DNA from: a virus
Reading direction: 5' to 3' (one strand)
Virus record (IMG/VR): IMGVR_UViG_3300025057_000004
Span: 1-64,000 of that record
Length of the DNA stretch: 64,000 bases
Shown here: piece by piece, positions 57,401-64,000 of the stretch
Layout of the letters: the number at the start of each line of letters is the position of its first letter
Position numbering within the stretch: position 1 is the stretch's first letter
Translations under genes and position numbers: made by a program
The notes under the pieces: generated by a model
Databases searched by the model: none
What the model saw: only the letters and a program-made list of their open reading frames with translations
What the model was told of the DNA's origin: nothing

Positions 57401-60400
57401 AGGAACCATTGAAAAAAGAGCTTTTGATTTTTGAGAAAACTTTTCTTTTGCAGAAATGAATTTCTCTTTTACCATCCAGTTTTCAATTACATCTTCTGTT
57501 TCTTCTAAAAGGTCTGATTCCTCAATATTATCATTTGTTGTGTCTACACTACCTGTATCATAAGCCATTCTGATACCGTAGTATTGTAATGAACGTGCTG
57601 CTTTAATATACAGACGTTTCATTTTAAGAGTATTACCTTCTTCTGTAGCAAAACTATTAAGCAACCTACCAAGAGTTTTCCTATCATTTTCACTACGTCT
57701 TTTATCCTCAGATGCAGTTTTAAGGAACTGATACACATTAGTATATAAAGCCTGTACTGAATATCTTGGATCATTATCACGAATACCTTTTTTAATGATT
57801 GCTTTTATTATTTCAGTATCATCTGCATGAGGCATATTAAGCAGGGTTTTATATCTTGGTAATACATCACTTATAAGTATACCATTCATTAAACGTTTTG
57901 CTACATCTGCTTCACGTGCATTTAACAACCCATTATTTTCTATTTCCTTTGGTCTAAAACGAGTGACGCTGTTTCTGAATTTTACATTACCTATTTTACG
58001 GATAAGACCTTTGTTGTAAAGACCCCTACTTACACGATACATATAATCATTCATAGAAGCAGGACTTGCAAAACCTACACGTTCTGCAGCAATACGTATC
58101 ATATGCCATAGGCGTTTAAAGAAATCAGCAACTTTTGCAGGAAGCGTGTGTGCGCTTGCACCTTCTGACAACTGATATTCCATATATTCATCTGCCCAAT
58201 ACTCTTCAATAGCAACAGCTCCTTTTGCTTTTGTAGCACCTTCTTCAAGAATTTGTTTACGTTCAGCATCAGTAAGCATAAGGTTGAATACAACGTGAAA
58301 AGCTTCGTGATATAATGTTCCTGTTTTAGCATTTGTTGCTATGAATACAGAAGCATTACGGAACATTCCCCACAACTCAGGACCTCCTTTACCTACAACT
58401 TCACGAAGGTCATCAAGGACTTCCAACGGTACATTCGGATAGTTTTTTTTGAACCATGCTACTTCTTTTTCTTGATCCCATAATTCATATGAACCATCAG
58501 GGTCAGTAATTTCTCTAAGTCTTTTAACAACATCAGACTCTGAAAATGGCTCGTTATCATCATCATCTTTCTTTTTATCTTCCTCCTCTGTAGGTTCTTG
58601 ACCTAAAGTATCAAGTGATGATGTTTGACCTGTAAAATCAATAGCAGTATTCATAGACACATTTACAGTAGGTTCTTCTGCAGATACATCATTCTGTTCT
58701 GTCTGCTTTGCAACTTCCTGTATACGCTCTTCTACTTCTTTTGCACGACCTTCAAGAATTTTTTGTTCACGGATTGATAACCCTTCGCCTTTAATAATCT
58801 TATCAGCAATAGTATTTATACGAGCTTGATCTACTGTACCATCATTTACAAAAGCATCGTATTCTTTTTTAGAAATAACTTCCCCTTCTTCTGCTGCTTT
58901 CTGTTGCGCATCAAATTCCTGTGCTCTTTTAACAGCAGCTTCATAAGTAGGTAAGTAGTCTCCAATAATACCTTCACCTTCATATTCTACATCAAATAAA
59001 CCATCAGTTTCATATATAGATGCCTTCTCTGGCACTTGAAGTTCTGTTGTAGTTGTTTTAGTAAGTAGTCTTTCTAAATCTTTATATTCTTTACTTGCTT
59101 TTACTTCCGCTTCTGCTTGGTCATATTCTTCTCTACTTTCAAAAGCATCTGGAGGAGGGAGCATTGCATCCATTGCGGCTTTAATTGTAGCTCGTTCTGC
59201 TTCTGCTATTCCTTGTTCTCCAGATTCTGCTTCTCTAAGTTGTTGTGTTGCTGTAGATCGAGCAGAAGTTTGTTGTGTTGGCTGTACAGGTGCAGGTACT
59301 TCTCCTGCTTGTTCAAGTATACTTGTTCTTTGCTTTGAATCTTTTATCCATTTTTCTTTGCCAGTATTTGATTTTGACATCGAAATAATACGATTATCAG
59401 AAAGAATCTTATATTCTGTATTATTGTATGTAGCTGTTCTTATAGTACCCTGTTGTGTTTCATATCTTACAAGTGCTTTATTTACCACTGTTTCTTCAGT
59501 AACAGGATTACCAGAAGTCTTAAATGTCATCTCACCCGTCTGAGGGTTGTAGACAATAGTCATATTATTTACAGGTATATCTACAGTTCCTTCAGTAGTA
59601 GATTGAGATTTTAAAGCTGCTAGTTCTGCATCGTATTGTTTTATTAATCTATCTGCTATTTTTTGTCTTAAATTAAATATAATACTATTACCCTCTTTGC
59701 TATTTTTATTTCGTCTACTGAGTCCTCTAGAAAATTCTCTCCATTCATCTATAGAGATTTCTATAGAATCTGTTAATTTTTTACCTGTAATATCTATATA
59801 ATAAGCTATAGTTTTATTAGAATCATGCCTAGAAGGAAAACTTAATTTATATTCATTATCTTTAAGTAATTCTGCTAATACTTTTCTTCTTTCTATATCA
59901 GCTTTCTTAGCATCAATATCAGTAGTTGGTGCTGTTGTAGTATCAAACTCACCTCTTCTCCATGCAGCAAATGATTGTTTGTTATTACCGATTTCAGGAG
60001 CATCTGAAGTTCTATCATTAATATACGCAGCTATTGAATCCATCTCATTAACGAGAAATGCATATTCTCTAGAAATCTGCTCTATTGCTTGCTGCGCTGT
60101 TATCTTGCCACTTAAAACATTTTGGATTTTGTTTTCAATACGTATTTCATGTCTTTTTGCATCTAGTCCTGTTGCAATCTCGTCACCCCACGATTGCCCT
60201 TCTTTTATTCTCGTTCTAATAGAAATACCGTATCCTTTAGGTAAGTTACCCCTTTTAGCATTCTTTTTAGCAACATCTAAATCTTTACCAAGCTGTTTAA
60301 ACTCAGCCACATTTTCTTTAGGAACAGTACCATCTTCTCCTCTTAGAGCTTGTCTTTTTTCTTCTATTTCTTTTACTTTATTTTCTAACTTCTCTTGTCT

Positions 60401-63400
60401 TTTTGTATCTGTATCACTAGTTTGTTGCGTAGGTTGTGCTTGAACTTTTGTAGCTTTGATATCAGGAACTGAATCAATATGCATAGTTATCATAGAGTTG
60501 ATAAAAGGCATCTCAGGATCAATATTCACTTCATACCATCCTTTTTTAGAAAGGTCAGCATTGTACGAACCTGTATTCATTTTATCAACATTGAATCGCA
60601 TTACCTTTTTAGAAGCAATATCTTTTGCTTCAGCACGATTGATATAACCTGTCTTAAATACCCGAACACCATCTTTTCCTTGACGGTATTCTTTTATCTT
60701 TCCTTTATTTCCATCGTAATAAAGAGTGTAAGGAATGTAATCAAGAGATTTTTTATTAAACTCTTTTATAGCTTGAAACTTTTGACTGACTGAAAGAGCA
60801 GGGTCTTCAATCTTATCATAAAGAGCATCTATTAATGAGTTTACGACAGCTTGCTCTTTTGGTAATTGAGAAAGCTTTTTAGGCTTCATTCTTACAGGTT
60901 TAAAATCACCATTAGGTGTTTGAATAAGAATGAATACGTTACCTTTTTTATCTACAAGTTTAGAATTATCATTGTAATCTATATCTGTACCTTTAGGTAA
61001 CTGAGACCTTGCGTTGTCGTCAATAAGTTTTACGGTACCATCGGCTGTAGTATCTGTAATGACTACAAGATAATTTTCATTTAAAATATGAGGAGGTATG
61101 GATTTCTTACTAAAAGTAGAATTGAATTTTTCATTTACACGACCTCCAGAACGTACAGTATCTATAGATGATTTGAATACCCCACCTGTTTGTCCTGAGT
61201 TTTTAAATTCATTGAATATACTTTGACGCAACTGTTTGATAGGGTCGGAGCCGAGTAGTCCTCTACTATTCTTTATCATACCCACCTTAAGTTCTTTCTC
61301 TACACCGTTAACCTCTGTTACAAGACTTACCATGATAAGAAGGTCATCAGCATTACGAGCAGAATCTTTATTGAAATCAACATCTGCAGGTACTGAAAAT
61401 ATCAACTGCTTTCCAAGCATATCTACAGAAGGATCATTCAACGCAGCAATCTCCTCATCTGTAAATACTTCAACATCAACACCATTTATTTTTACAGTGC
61501 TTTGAGCGTGTTTTACAGGAATACCTTCTTTAGTAAATAGTACACGCTGACCTGGAATAAAATCATCATAACCTAATTTTCTTGCATCCTCAATAGACAT
61601 TCTTCTATTGTTCTCAGCACCAATGAATTGTACAGTTCCTTCTTGAGCGTTATATACATATAGAGCGTTTTGCTGCGCAAGAAGCTTTGACATTGTACGA
61701 CCTTCCTTTGCAGGATTCGCATCTTCAGAAGCATCAGCAGGAGGTTCATTACTTTCAGCATCCTGCATTTCAGTATAATTATCCTCCTTGTAATTTATTT
61801 CATCGTCCTCTTTTTGTTCCTGTTTTTTTTGAAGTTCAGATGTAAGGTCTTTGTATACCTTTCTCACATCAGCATTATTGCTATATAAATTGTAAAACTC
61901 TTCAGCAGTTTCTACTTTGTCAAGAGCACTTATTGCTTTTGTGTTTCCTTTGGCAAGAGCCTTCATTTTTTGAATCTCTCTATACAATAAAGGTGTAGAA
62001 CGATAACGCTGTTTAAAATCCTGCTCAAATGTTTCAGAACCTTCTTGTGGAATTTCACTTGACATTTCAGCAAGAGTTGCAACCCCCTCAAGCTTTTTCA
62101 TAAGGTCACTATAACCTGGAGTATCCTTTTCGTTCACAAGAGATTTTACAGCATTCATCGTCATGCTAGGTCTGATACTACGTTTTGTCATATCAAGCTG
62201 ACGTTGCTCATGCTCTTTTTGAATTTCTGCTTTACCTTCTACTGTATTTGCATTTTGAATAACACGCTGCGACTCTTGCTGACGCAGGTCAACATAAGCT
62301 TCTTGATCATTCATATTAGCAAGGTCTACATCTCTTGACGTTGTAGGAATTACAGCATCTCCTGTACGCTCTTCAAGTTGTTGTTTTTCTTCAGCAATCT
62401 CTTTTTCTAACTGCTCAATTTTATTATCAAGATAAGATACGACACCCTCAGAACCTTCTTTCTTTCCTACTTGCTCTTTATATTTATCTCGGTATTTCTT
62501 ATAACTATTAAGTTTATATTCTTTATTTTTTATACTGAGCTGATTTGTATCTATCTGATTTGATATTTCTTCTTCAATCTTTGTTTTTTCAGCAGCAATA
62601 ACGTCATTTGCCTGTGCAAGCTTATGCTTTTCATATAAAGAACCTAACTCTTCAATCTTAACAACATTATCTTTAGAAGCGTCTTCTGTAAGTCTTGAAT
62701 ACTCTCTCTCCAAAAAGTCAAGATCAGAAAGTATTTCAGCATCTTTTTTTCTTTTATCTTCTATCTGTTCTGGAGTAAGTCCTTCTGCTTCAAGCTCTTG
62801 ATCTGTTTTATCTGCAAGATCCTGATAAAAACTTCTAAGTGAAGAAAACTTACCTGCATTACCATATTGAACAGCTTGGTTCATAAGAATAGAACCGTCT
62901 ACAAGATATGAGTTAGTAACGTCTAATTTATCTAAGAATGTACGTTTAGCAAGATCAGCATCCTGTGCTTCATATACTCCTGCTAATCTGTTATATAATT
63001 GACCTGTACTACCAGCAGCTTTAAAGAATGTTCCACCTACAGCACCTAATAAAGCAGATGCCTGTGCTTCAGGATCTTTTACATAATCTGACATTCTTCT
63101 GTCAAGACCTTCAAGTTCAAAGAAACTTCTATCGTTCTTTGCTGCTCTTGCTGATTCCTGTGATATTACATACTGTCCAAACTCTTCAAGACCTTCCCCT
63201 GCTGCATTCTTAATATAATCATACCCTCCTTTTGCAAGTTGTTTTCTAAGACCTTTAGCAGCAGGTGCTGCGTAATTCAATCCTTTTGTGAGAGAACCGT
63301 ATTGAACAAGATCTGTAGCGATATTTATCCAGTTTGCTTTCCAAGTATTAGCTGCTGCTTCCCCTGCTTTTAAACGTGCTTCTTGATCGCTTACTCCTTC

Positions 63401-64000
63401 AGCAATAAGTTCTTGATATACAGAATTGAAAGTCTCATTTGCTTCCATTGTATTTTCCATATATCTTGATATGGTAGCAGAAGCACCCGTTCTAAGTAAA
63501 CTTTCAGCCTTCTCACCATACACAAGCTTATTAAGACCTTTTGTTATTTTAGAAGCATCTTGAGCTACGTTAGCAATTCTTGTAGTATTAAGAAGCCCTC
63601 TAGCTGTTTTACCAGCAAAAGCTAGTGCTCTCATTATACCTGCAGTAGGAATGAACATAGAGGCAGTTGTTGCAATACTTTCTATGTTGTTTGCCCACCA
63701 TGTAGCAGAATCCCACGCAAAATCCTGTTGACCTCTTTCAGAACGATATATAGGAGTTACCTCACGTACTTCTTCCTGTGCTTTTTCCATAAGATCAGCA
63801 AACCAGTTGCTATAATCTTTTTCACCTTCCTGCAACGCCATACCGATATTCTCAGCATCAGCAAAATAAGATAATGCCTCTGCACCACCTAAGACCACTG
63901 TAGAAGCTCCTCTGGCAATTGTATTTGCAAATAGACCGAATGCAGATTGATCACGTTCTAACTGCGCTTCAATATTACTATCAGCATAAATAGGAAGGTC
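51413..64000 (-). CDS. Giant virion-packaged RNA polymerase polyprotein (>4,195 aa, start outside window)
   Basis: AGLDFDIDKLY catalytic loop (54155-54169), YRIPT and TQYRK motifs as recalled for crAss-like vRNAP (phi14:2 gp66); HEAFH zincin motif 58295-58309; frame open to 64000. Confidence 0.9.
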   Translation of the reverse strand, partial: DLPIYADSNIEAQLERDQSAFGLFANTIARGASTVVLGGAEALSYFADAENIGMALQEGEKDYSNWFADLMEKAQEEVREVTPIYRSERGQQDFAWDSATWWANNIESIATTASMFIPTAGIMRALAFAGKTARGLLNTTRIANVAQDASKITKGLNKLVYGEKAESLLRTGASATISRYMENTMEANETFNSVYQELIAEGVSDQEARLKAGEAAANTWKANWINIATDLVQYGSLTKGLNYAAPAAKGLRKQLAKGGYDYIKNAAGEGLEEFGQYVISQESARAAKNDRSFFELEGLDRRMSDYVKDPEAQASALLGAVGGTFFKAAGSTGQLYNRLAGVYEAQDADLAKRTFLDKLDVTNSYLVDGSILMNQAVQYGNAGKFSSLRSFYQDLADKTDQELEAEGLTPEQIEDKRKKDAEILSDLDFLEREYSRLTEDASKDNVVKIEELGSLYEKHKLAQANDVIAAEKTKIEEEISNQIDTNQLSIKNKEYKLNSYKKYRDKYKEQVGKKEGSEGVVSYLDNKIEQLEKEIAEEKQQLEERTGDAVIPTTSRDVDLANMNDQEAYVDLRQQESQRVIQNANTVEGKAEIQKEHEQRQLDMTKRSIRPSMTMNAVKSLVNEKDTPGYSDLMKKLEGVATLAEMSSEIPQEGSETFEQDFKQRYRSTPLLYREIQKMKALAKGNTKAISALDKVETAEEFYNLYSNNADVRKVYKDLTSELQKKQEQKEDDEINYKEDNYTEMQDAESNEPPADASEDANPAKEGRTMSKLLAQQNALYVYNAQEGTVQFIGAENNRRMSIEDARKLGYDDFIPGQRVLFTKEGIPVKHAQSTVKINGVDVEVFTDEEIAALNDPSVDMLGKQLIFSVPADVDFNKDSARNADDLLIMVSLVTEVNGVEKELKVGMIKNSRGLLGSDPIKQLRQSIFNEFKNSGQTGGVFKSSIDTVRSGGRVNEKFNSTFSKKSIPPHILNENYLVVITDTTADGTVKLIDDNARSQLPKGTDIDYNDNSKLVDKKGNVFILIQTPNGDFKPVRMKPKKLSQLPKEQAVVNSLIDALYDKIEDPALSVSQKFQAIKEFNKKSLDYIPYTLYYDGNKGKIKEYRQGKDGVRVFKTGYINRAEAKDIASKKVMRFNVDKMNTGSYNADLSKKGWYEVNIDPEMPFINSMITMHIDSVPDIKATKVQAQPTQQTSDTDTKRQEKLENKVKEIEEKRQALRGEDGTVPKENVAEFKQLGKDLDVAKKNAKRGNLPKGYGISIRTRIKEGQSWGDEIATGLDAKRHEIRIENKIQNVLSGKITAQQAIEQISREYAFLVNEMDSIAAYINDRTSDAPEIGNNKQSFAAWRRGEFDTTTAPTTDIDAKKADIERRKVLAELLKDNEYKLSFPSRHDSNKTIAYYIDITGKKLTDSIEISIDEWREFSRGLSRRNKNSKEGNSIIFNLRQKIADRLIKQYDAELAALKSQSTTEGTVDIPVNNMTIVYNPQTGEMTFKTSGNPVTEETVVNKALVRYETQQGTIRTATYNNTEYKILSDNRIISMSKSNTGKEKWIKDSKQRTSILEQAGEVPAPVQPTQQTSARSTATQQLREAESGEQGIAEAERATIKAAMDAMLPPPDAFESREEYDQAEAEVKASKEYKDLERLLTKTTTTELQVPEKASIYETDGLFDVEYEGEGIIGDYLPTYEAAVKRAQEFDAQQKAAEEGEVISKKEYDAFVNDGTVDQARINTIADKIIKGEGLSIREQKILEGRAKEVEERIQEVAKQTEQNDVSAEEPTVNVSMNTAIDFTGQTSSLDTLGQEPTEEEDKKKDDDDNEPFSESDVVKRLREITDPDGSYELWDQEKEVAWFKKNYPNVPLEVLDDLREVVGKGGPELWGMFRNASVFIATNAKTGTLYHEAFHVVFNLMLTDAERKQILEEGATKAKGAVAIEEYWADEYMEYQLSEGASAHTLPAKVADFFKRLWHMIRIAAERVGFASPASMNDYMYRVSRGLYNKGLIRKIGNVKFRNSVTRFRPKEIENNGLLNAREADVAKRLMNGILISDVLPRYKTLLNMPHADDTEIIKAIIKKGIRDNDPRYSVQALYTNVYQFLKTASEDKRRSENDRKTLGRLLNSFATEEGNTLKMKRLYIKAARSLQYYGIRMAYDTGSVDTTNDNIEESDLLEETEDVIENWMVKEKFISAKEKFSQKSKALFSMVPVKNAKFGGFPVFETPAHVFNKLSSRLSDSKNLEDMKRKLDDLINYNPGYKVIKNALTSEDSTIATEFWKNIGQRKFTPFLVLQNDGKRTRTFIGNEKDARKDLKATWQQNFFDSPFYDVSNNIIAPTARFDEKYEVLSRIVDDIEKKKKTERLDKEGNISRSQAGEIYNVLKFLNIPVTRNEVIDMFSTPDNGENVKGGKERFLQFASGLTYYMNRIKKGENPYDGNKEASDNFNDMMEVYMIAYPETYQSSFRTGEGELAYSFLQSRFMQNFMRELQNPNKKERDAYIEERMQDPFYKNSPFLSKILEIPDLAGNMRMAVFDTLRTNDGSAIPYTKLTRQQLEALKINAFFNLQFGGKTDTAYGYFMMPIFSDSTSSAFLRFKKYTTEEAKAALVDSARQERERIEWLEGRIKPVQKEYNKWLADQNDRNKPYKEKAKLPEQLKDIEYNMLKNGLKYQIFRGLNDMDLSTESQFEDAVMNMIQENLNSELRSLIEEGIFDKDGNDATDMLDERILDEKVRRDNLTQYVYNTMVMNIQTLVTFGGDTAFYKAGKDGLTDFTDVYKRIKEIWSPGDYINTDAVYTHVKEGETSEKVKVRNDYKVIYVKDPGEVENIVSESIKELERVHKNNPKKDQIIDAFSKLNNTDAATIIDPIRAREIHLGSKGLNASLYEMYDSLMTGKTIRHIGEEATSIVYKPFQFMFEKSTDTNNTTRFNPVQHKNAEFLITPSMAVGNPKLEKMMEKFGYVFKKDGSWTYDSSKRITDAVMYTTAVKVGEKGTIDNIEDAVETDAHTFKNANYRIQMETPEHHIDTDIMEGTQYRKLIIENVDPNAEYTLPDGTKVKGDKLVKDFNEAVYLNVKESYEELKKLFYDEETGLPDNNKILTALREQAIEQELPDDFLTALDFLENNEGYTVDENGNLKKASQVTVLPLWHPDIVYQVESMMNSFFKNRVTKQRTDKSAGASLYNASSWGFENENPKGLRKPKIKWSEDGGIEYMEAIMPVTSEALLDYADENGFIDIKKIEEIEPDLLKGVFYRIPTEHKYSMFHIKVIGFLPQGVAGQIILPDEATTLAGLDFDIDKLYGLLYNIEVYGQPLPEKEIAYQNYINSSNFSKKLGRNIIRKNIPNFDDARARREFAAKEGLRWNADENVFTKKSLRKVESSMDTKKGRDNLKLDIAFSILSNKRTAVEQTTPGGFETLKDLVDMILKAQGADKGQINPMLNSTVREIHNRMMTGLDLIGIFANHTVNHSLMTLGNVAFTKPIKFNGKELAGLSQMMVGDVNIADLKEFLAAAVDNGKDPVASFLNVTTITADLVASMVRVGHPIESVMMFTANPTLKDFTNRLSKAGNTYSSTINDTINEIESELKVALRKVAGSTQADKILDKGLSSLYLTYDRKTKKGNLLDSIKKSNMSTEDLIKEKDLNEIKLRLNVISSFRNLMNNQASDLKTVMSAMRYDSSKNAAGPTVAHTKNKLDRYDSALEVKGIAGFRQLISDIESNPERYVAAFREYGLKEAVKIIGEVTNIPYASTDEFNIFNFTEKTIKQYIAPEGRSINPDDTNKIYRAIETLIATSYETFKPVELKRVIENLPSEISNFISANEDSPYVPFLRHFMAIPSKQQKALAIMKFTRNGVDKIQQTDIKNDWYSMINDSDPNVSKIANDLVKYAFATSGYVVTPFKFTDMIPVMYTSDLREPGKKRFVESIEDIYSKDMFDYENSGPVVLQMIDQILRNMYRSFSFVKYINPDEVKPYKVNGTYRQKVWYEDVTKKEKGETFQLQYIKTVINDKQGMRSALMKAIESEGDYIIYEQVQPLGLHNEMMEFDYDSAVLNKPLVSQMASLEYIPTKEETEAKDLNISDVGIAQTMIEMMNIIPDFNINEIRPVENVKEVKTHPFIQKIEALPNDKKVQLKNLVGSTSRTGYMILEAILNNFTEVGTVQNEAIEKLFEKYQDQINAKHPDTTADVLKEWVNKWDSEGKSGLNLLDQYLKKCYG

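Noticed and set aside
1-64000. Stop-codon reassignment (TAG or TGA recoding), common in some crAss-like phages
   Set aside because: Structural, RNAP and replication genes are full-length under the standard code, and TAA, TGA and TAG all occur at plausible gene ends.
1-64000. Integrase, prophage boundaries, or a diversity-generating retroelement
   Set aside because: No recombinase, reverse transcriptase, host genes or template/variable repeat pair was recognised in the window.

Overview
This window is most of a crAss-like (Crassvirales-type, Cellulophaga phi14:2-like) lytic phage genome, probably infecting an aquatic Bacteroidota host, and it uses the standard genetic code. It has four blocks. 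(1) 1-15.1 kb, minus strand: virion and packaging genes (tail fibre-like, hub/ring-like, auxiliary capsid, major capsid, scaffold-like, portal, TerL, putative TerS, GroES-like, HU/IHF-like), preceded by three Bacteroidota-type TTG-N20-TAnnTTTG promoters. (2) 15.3-21 kb, plus strand: an early region of small genes interleaved with dense structured non-coding RNA, including a clear twister self-cleaving ribozyme (16025-16086) and two large multi-stem RNA candidates, plus a spore photoproduct lyase-family enzyme. (3) 22-44 kb, plus strand: replication and nucleotide metabolism (PolB, SF2 helicase, DnaB-like helicase, AAA ATPase, SSB-like, primase, resolvase, exonuclease, UDG, MazG-like, class II RNR). 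Embedded here is a complete, apparently phage-encoded ubiquitin-like conjugation operon (pro-Ubl, E2, JAB protease, E1/ThiF; 31059-34394), my top candidate for an under-described system. (4) 44-64 kb, minus strand: giant ejected cargo proteins including a >4,100-aa virion RNA polymerase polyprotein (DFDID motif), followed by five closely packed, extremely basic microproteins. All calls come from reading motifs and base-pairing by eye; no searches were run.
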